Shown here: positions 27,188 to 29,803 of the stretch, piece after piece
How positions within the stretch are numbered: position 1 is the first letter of the stretch
Layout: every line of letters begins with the position of its first letter
IMG/VR virus record: IMGVR_UViG_3300027835_000492
Span: 1 to 29,803 of that record
Direction: 5' to 3' (one strand)
Length of the DNA: 29,803 nt
Source of the DNA: a virus
Lineage: Duplodnaviria; Caudoviricetes
Program-made: the position numbers and the translations under genes
The notes under the pieces: generated by a model
What the model saw: only the letters and a program-made list of their open reading frames with translations
What the model was told of the DNA's origin: nothing
Databases searched by the model: none

Positions 27188-27478
27188 TCATAAAAGTATT
27201 TCTTTAGATTTAAGACGATTACGCATTCTTAAAATAATTTGGTGAACTGCTTGAAGAGAAACCATTAAATGCAGTGCTGTTTCTTTCCTATTCATTCCAA
27301 GTTCTACCAAACAAAATGCTACCTGTTGTTGCCGTTCTGTCAAAAAGTTCAAGTAATACCTTTTTGTAAATCGGCTGTAAGCTTCTAATTCTTCTCGCCC
27401 ATCATCACCTAATTCCCATCCAGCTTCCTCCATATCAGTTAATGAAAGCTGTTTAACTGGAATCCTAATCGTTTTCAT
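27188..27478 (-). CDS. Stand-alone sigma70 region 4 / LuxR-like HTH protein; candidate late activator
   Basis: LTERQQQV...GMNRKETALHLMVSLQAVHQIILRMRNRL matches the sigma4 HTH pattern; no sigma region 2 present. Confidence 0.75.
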   Translation of the reverse strand: MKTIRIPVKQLSLTDMEEAGWELGDDGREELEAYSRFTKRYYLNFLTERQQQVAFCLVELGMNRKETALHLMVSLQAVHQIILRMRNRLKSKEILL

Positions 27479-28094
27479 GTTGATTTAAAAACTGCATGAT
27501 TTTTTCTGCAGTTTTTCTCAACTGTATAAATATGTAGTTTTTCTCTTCAAAAGTATATTTCTCCAAATTAAGTTGCTCTAAATGTTCCAAAAAAAGATTA
27601 TTCATCCTTATAATGGAAGCTACAGAAGAATCGTCCTGGTGTACTTTTTGAGGCTCATTCCTTAACTCTCGTTGTTCAACATATTTTCTAAAGTCCTTAT
27701 TATTAAGTTTCTTTTCTATTGCTTCTTGTAAAAGCAACTCCTGTTCTTCTGAATCCAAACTTGCAATCGTTTTATGATGATCAAAGCTTAAATTTTCTCG
27801 ACGTCGAGAAAAATGTACTCGAGCTGCAACCCATTTATCATCGGCGAGAGTCTGATATTGATACCCTGTTGTTTTTATTGCCTCAAGATATTTCTCTCCC
27901 CATTGTCTTTCTCCATAATTTAACCAATCGCCAATCCAGAAATGTACTGCTCCTTTTGCCCTATTGATAAATTTACCGCATTCAAGCCATTGTTCAAAAT
28001 CAGGAGTACCAACAGGTTCAAGTCCATTCCCTTTCAGAATAAATGAAGCATAAATAATTTCTTTGTTTTTTGTTAATTTAATCAAGTCATTCAT
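27465..28094 (-). CDS. LmbU-like phage DNA-binding protein
   Basis: FEQW..CG, FWIGDWLNYGE..WGEKY, RRENLSFDHH motifs. Confidence 0.65.
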   Translation of the reverse strand: MNDLIKLTKNKEIIYASFILKGNGLEPVGTPDFEQWLECGKFINRAKGAVHFWIGDWLNYGERQWGEKYLEAIKTTGYQYQTLADDKWVAARVHFSRRRENLSFDHHKTIASLDSEEQELLLQEAIEKKLNNKDFRKYVEQRELRNEPQKVHQDDSSVASIIRMNNLFLEHLEQLNLEKYTFEEKNYIFIQLRKTAEKIMQFLNQHEND

Positions 28095-28128
28095 AATATT
28101 ATTTTTTAACCTTTTAAAAATCGTTGCT

Positions 28129-28944
28129 TTATACAGGTGCCAAATTATCTTTTAATCCGTTCTCATAAATGTAAAAAAAGTATTTAATCTTTTCTTCCCG
28201 TGAAAGCGGTTTTGGATAATCAACTAAGTAAGAATATGCTTGTTCTAAATTCTTGTTCTTACGGCCTAAATCGGCTTGTTTGAACACTTTTAGCCATCGC
28301 CCTTTTAAGTCATCACTTAGGGCAATATTGAGTTTCTCTGCATACCGAAATGCTTTATCCTGCCATTGTTTTGTTATCCCGTTTGTAGGAGTCGGAGAAA
28401 ATTTATATTTGTCTTGCAGAATTGCACCTACTGAGTTAAGTGGTTTTTTAATTTCTGGGCTTTTGCCAGTATTTATATTTATTTCTCTTTCTGTTTCTTC
28501 TTCTAATTCTTGTTCTTCTTTCTTAGTTCTTATGCGGGTGTCAGTCGGGACTGACTCGGGAGTTGGCTTTGATTCATTCCCGCTTAACTCCCTTTTTTCT
28601 CCCGACATACTCCGTTTTACTTTTTCAATAAATTCATCACAGCGGTTTAAAACTTTAGGACAGAAAATTCTTTCTTTTCGTTTTTCAATAAGTTTTAAAG
28701 AAATACAAGTATCTATTATTTCTTGTAGGAGATTAATATCCACACAGAATTTCTTTGCCAAATATTCCATTGAATAAACATCTGGTAAATAACCCCAGTC
28801 ATCAACATTGTCTTTATCAACTGCAGATGCAATCAGTTCTACCAACTGAAAATAAACACCATATCCGGCAACTCCATGCTTTTCTTTCAGCATTTCAATT
28901 TTCGGATTTGAAAATGTATTGGTATCGTGTTTAAACCATTTCAT
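28129..28944 (-). CDS. Replication initiator (DUF4373 / replisome-organiser-like N-terminus)
   Basis: MKWFKHD...PKI..L...HG.AGYGVYF.L.E; low-complexity linker carrying iterons. Confidence 0.8.
   Translation of the reverse strand: MKWFKHDTNTFSNPKIEMLKEKHGVAGYGVYFQLVELIASAVDKDNVDDWGYLPDVYSMEYLAKKFCVDINLLQEIIDTCISLKLIEKRKERIFCPKVLNRCDEFIEKVKRSMSGEKRELSGNESKPTPESVPTDTRIRTKKEEQELEEETEREININTGKSPEIKKPLNSVGAILQDKYKFSPTPTNGITKQWQDKAFRYAEKLNIALSDDLKGRWLKVFKQADLGRKNKNLEQAYSYLVDYPKPLSREEKIKYFFYIYENGLKDNLAPV
28470..28614. other. Putative phage replication origin within the initiator gene
   Basis: CGGGWNT units at 28535, 28546 and 28557; inverted units at 28576, 28587, 28598 and 28609 (11-bp phase); adjacent AT-rich, strand-biased tract. 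Confidence 0.7.
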
Positions 28945-29011
28945 AGATAATGATTTTTCTTAAGACCTCTAGCCAAGTTTGAACGCTTGCGATCAAACCC
29001 AGCTGCAAGCA

Positions 29012-29803
29012 TTAAGTTGCTGCATTTGGACAGCCTTTTTTGTGATACTTATTGGTTGTTCCGCAAAGTTCACATTTTCCAGAAACAGATGAAATCGTTG
29101 CCTGCTCTGGTTGAGCAATTTCATCTCTTACTGTTTCTGTTTGCGCTTTTTCTACCGGCTTAGGTTCTATTCCTTTTTCAGCCCAGTCTTTTAGGGTTTT
29201 GCCTGTATCAGATGTAATCTTAAATTCAGGTTTATCCATAAAAATACTTGTTCTGTCTTTGGAAGTAGAAGCCAAGTGGTTTTGATTCAAGTCAAAAGAA
29301 AGAGTAAGCTCGTACTCAAATCCTTCTCTTGTAATTTCTCTGAGCCCTTTCTTCTCAACTTTTGCTCTTCCATTTTCCTGAATCATTGCGTAGTCCTGTT
29401 TTTTTCTAACAGATGTAATAACGTGAGCATCTGACTGCAGGATTGCTTGGATAAAGCGATGATGTCTAGGCGTTACTTTTGCCCAATCTTGGAATTTTCC
29501 ACCAAGCTGCTCTTGGATTTGTAAACATCCGCCTTCACCATCCCATTCATGAGAAATGCTGTCGATAATTATTACTTCCATTCCTGCATCTTCGGCAGTA
29601 TGGATAGCTTCTATATATCGCTCAGGAGCGAATGGAGCGCGAAGCGTTAGAACATTGTATTGTCCAAGATTGTCATATAAATCTGCTGATCCATTCTCTG
29701 TATCAATAACGCAGATTTTGTCCCATGACGTCATGCCACTTGCTAAAAGTAATGCTGAATATGTTTTGCCAGAACCGGAAGTCCCAGCAACACCAATTCG
29801 CAT
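29012..29803 (-). CDS. Sak4-like AAA ATPase (AAA_24), possibly 5'-truncated
   Basis: GTSGSGKT, IDTENGS, IIIDSISHEW, FEYE motifs; C-terminal CxxC...HxxxC. Confidence 0.85.
   Translation of the reverse strand: MRIGVAGTSGSGKTYSALLLASGMTSWDKICVIDTENGSADLYDNLGQYNVLTLRAPFAPERYIEAIHTAEDAGMEVIIIDSISHEWDGEGGCLQIQEQLGGKFQDWAKVTPRHHRFIQAILQSDAHVITSVRKKQDYAMIQENGRAKVEKKGLREITREGFEYELTLSFDLNQNHLASTSKDRTSIFMDKPEFKITSDTGKTLKDWAEKGIEPKPVEKAQTETVRDEIAQPEQATISSVSGKCELCGTTNKYHKKGCPNAAT

Noticed and set aside
28104-28135. TGTATAAA box upstream of the LmbU-like gene
   Set aside because: The hexamer at N18 is TTAAAA, lacking the conserved TA...T, and there is no A/T tract upstream. At best a degenerate site, so not counted.
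28253-28777. 174-aa plus-strand ORF
   Set aside because: Antisense to the replication initiator, with S/F-rich shadow composition.
349-29803. Alternative genetic code (stop codon reassignment)
   Set aside because: Genes tile densely and are full length under code 11; TAA, TAG and TGA all end genes.

Overview
About 29.5 kb of a siphovirus-type (HK97-fold) phage or prophage, almost entirely on the minus strand. In transcription order (right to left): Sak4-like AAA ATPase, replication initiator with an internal iteron origin, LmbU-like protein, a stand-alone sigma-region-4-like HTH protein, ParB-like protein, C5 DNA methyltransferase, terS/terL, an inserted secreted amidase, portal-MuF fusion, prohead protease, major capsid, a 5-gene cassette ending in a 1172-aa protein with about 55 cationic 14-aa repeats, head-tail joining genes, tail tube, frameshifted tail chaperone, tape measure, baseplate/fibre genes and lysis genes. 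Two small plus-strand genes sit at the left edge. The main observations are: (1) nine copies of a bipartite promoter, TGTATA(A/T)N-N18-TA(T/A/C)(A/C)AT, with invariant spacing in front of every late module, and a candidate sigma4-like activator nearby; (2) the promoter-bracketed cassette with the giant repeat protein and a pilin-like partner, possibly a ruler-templated virion filament; (3) an amidase moron with a canonical TTGACA-N17 promoter. Product calls come from motif recognition and gene order only; no database searches were run.
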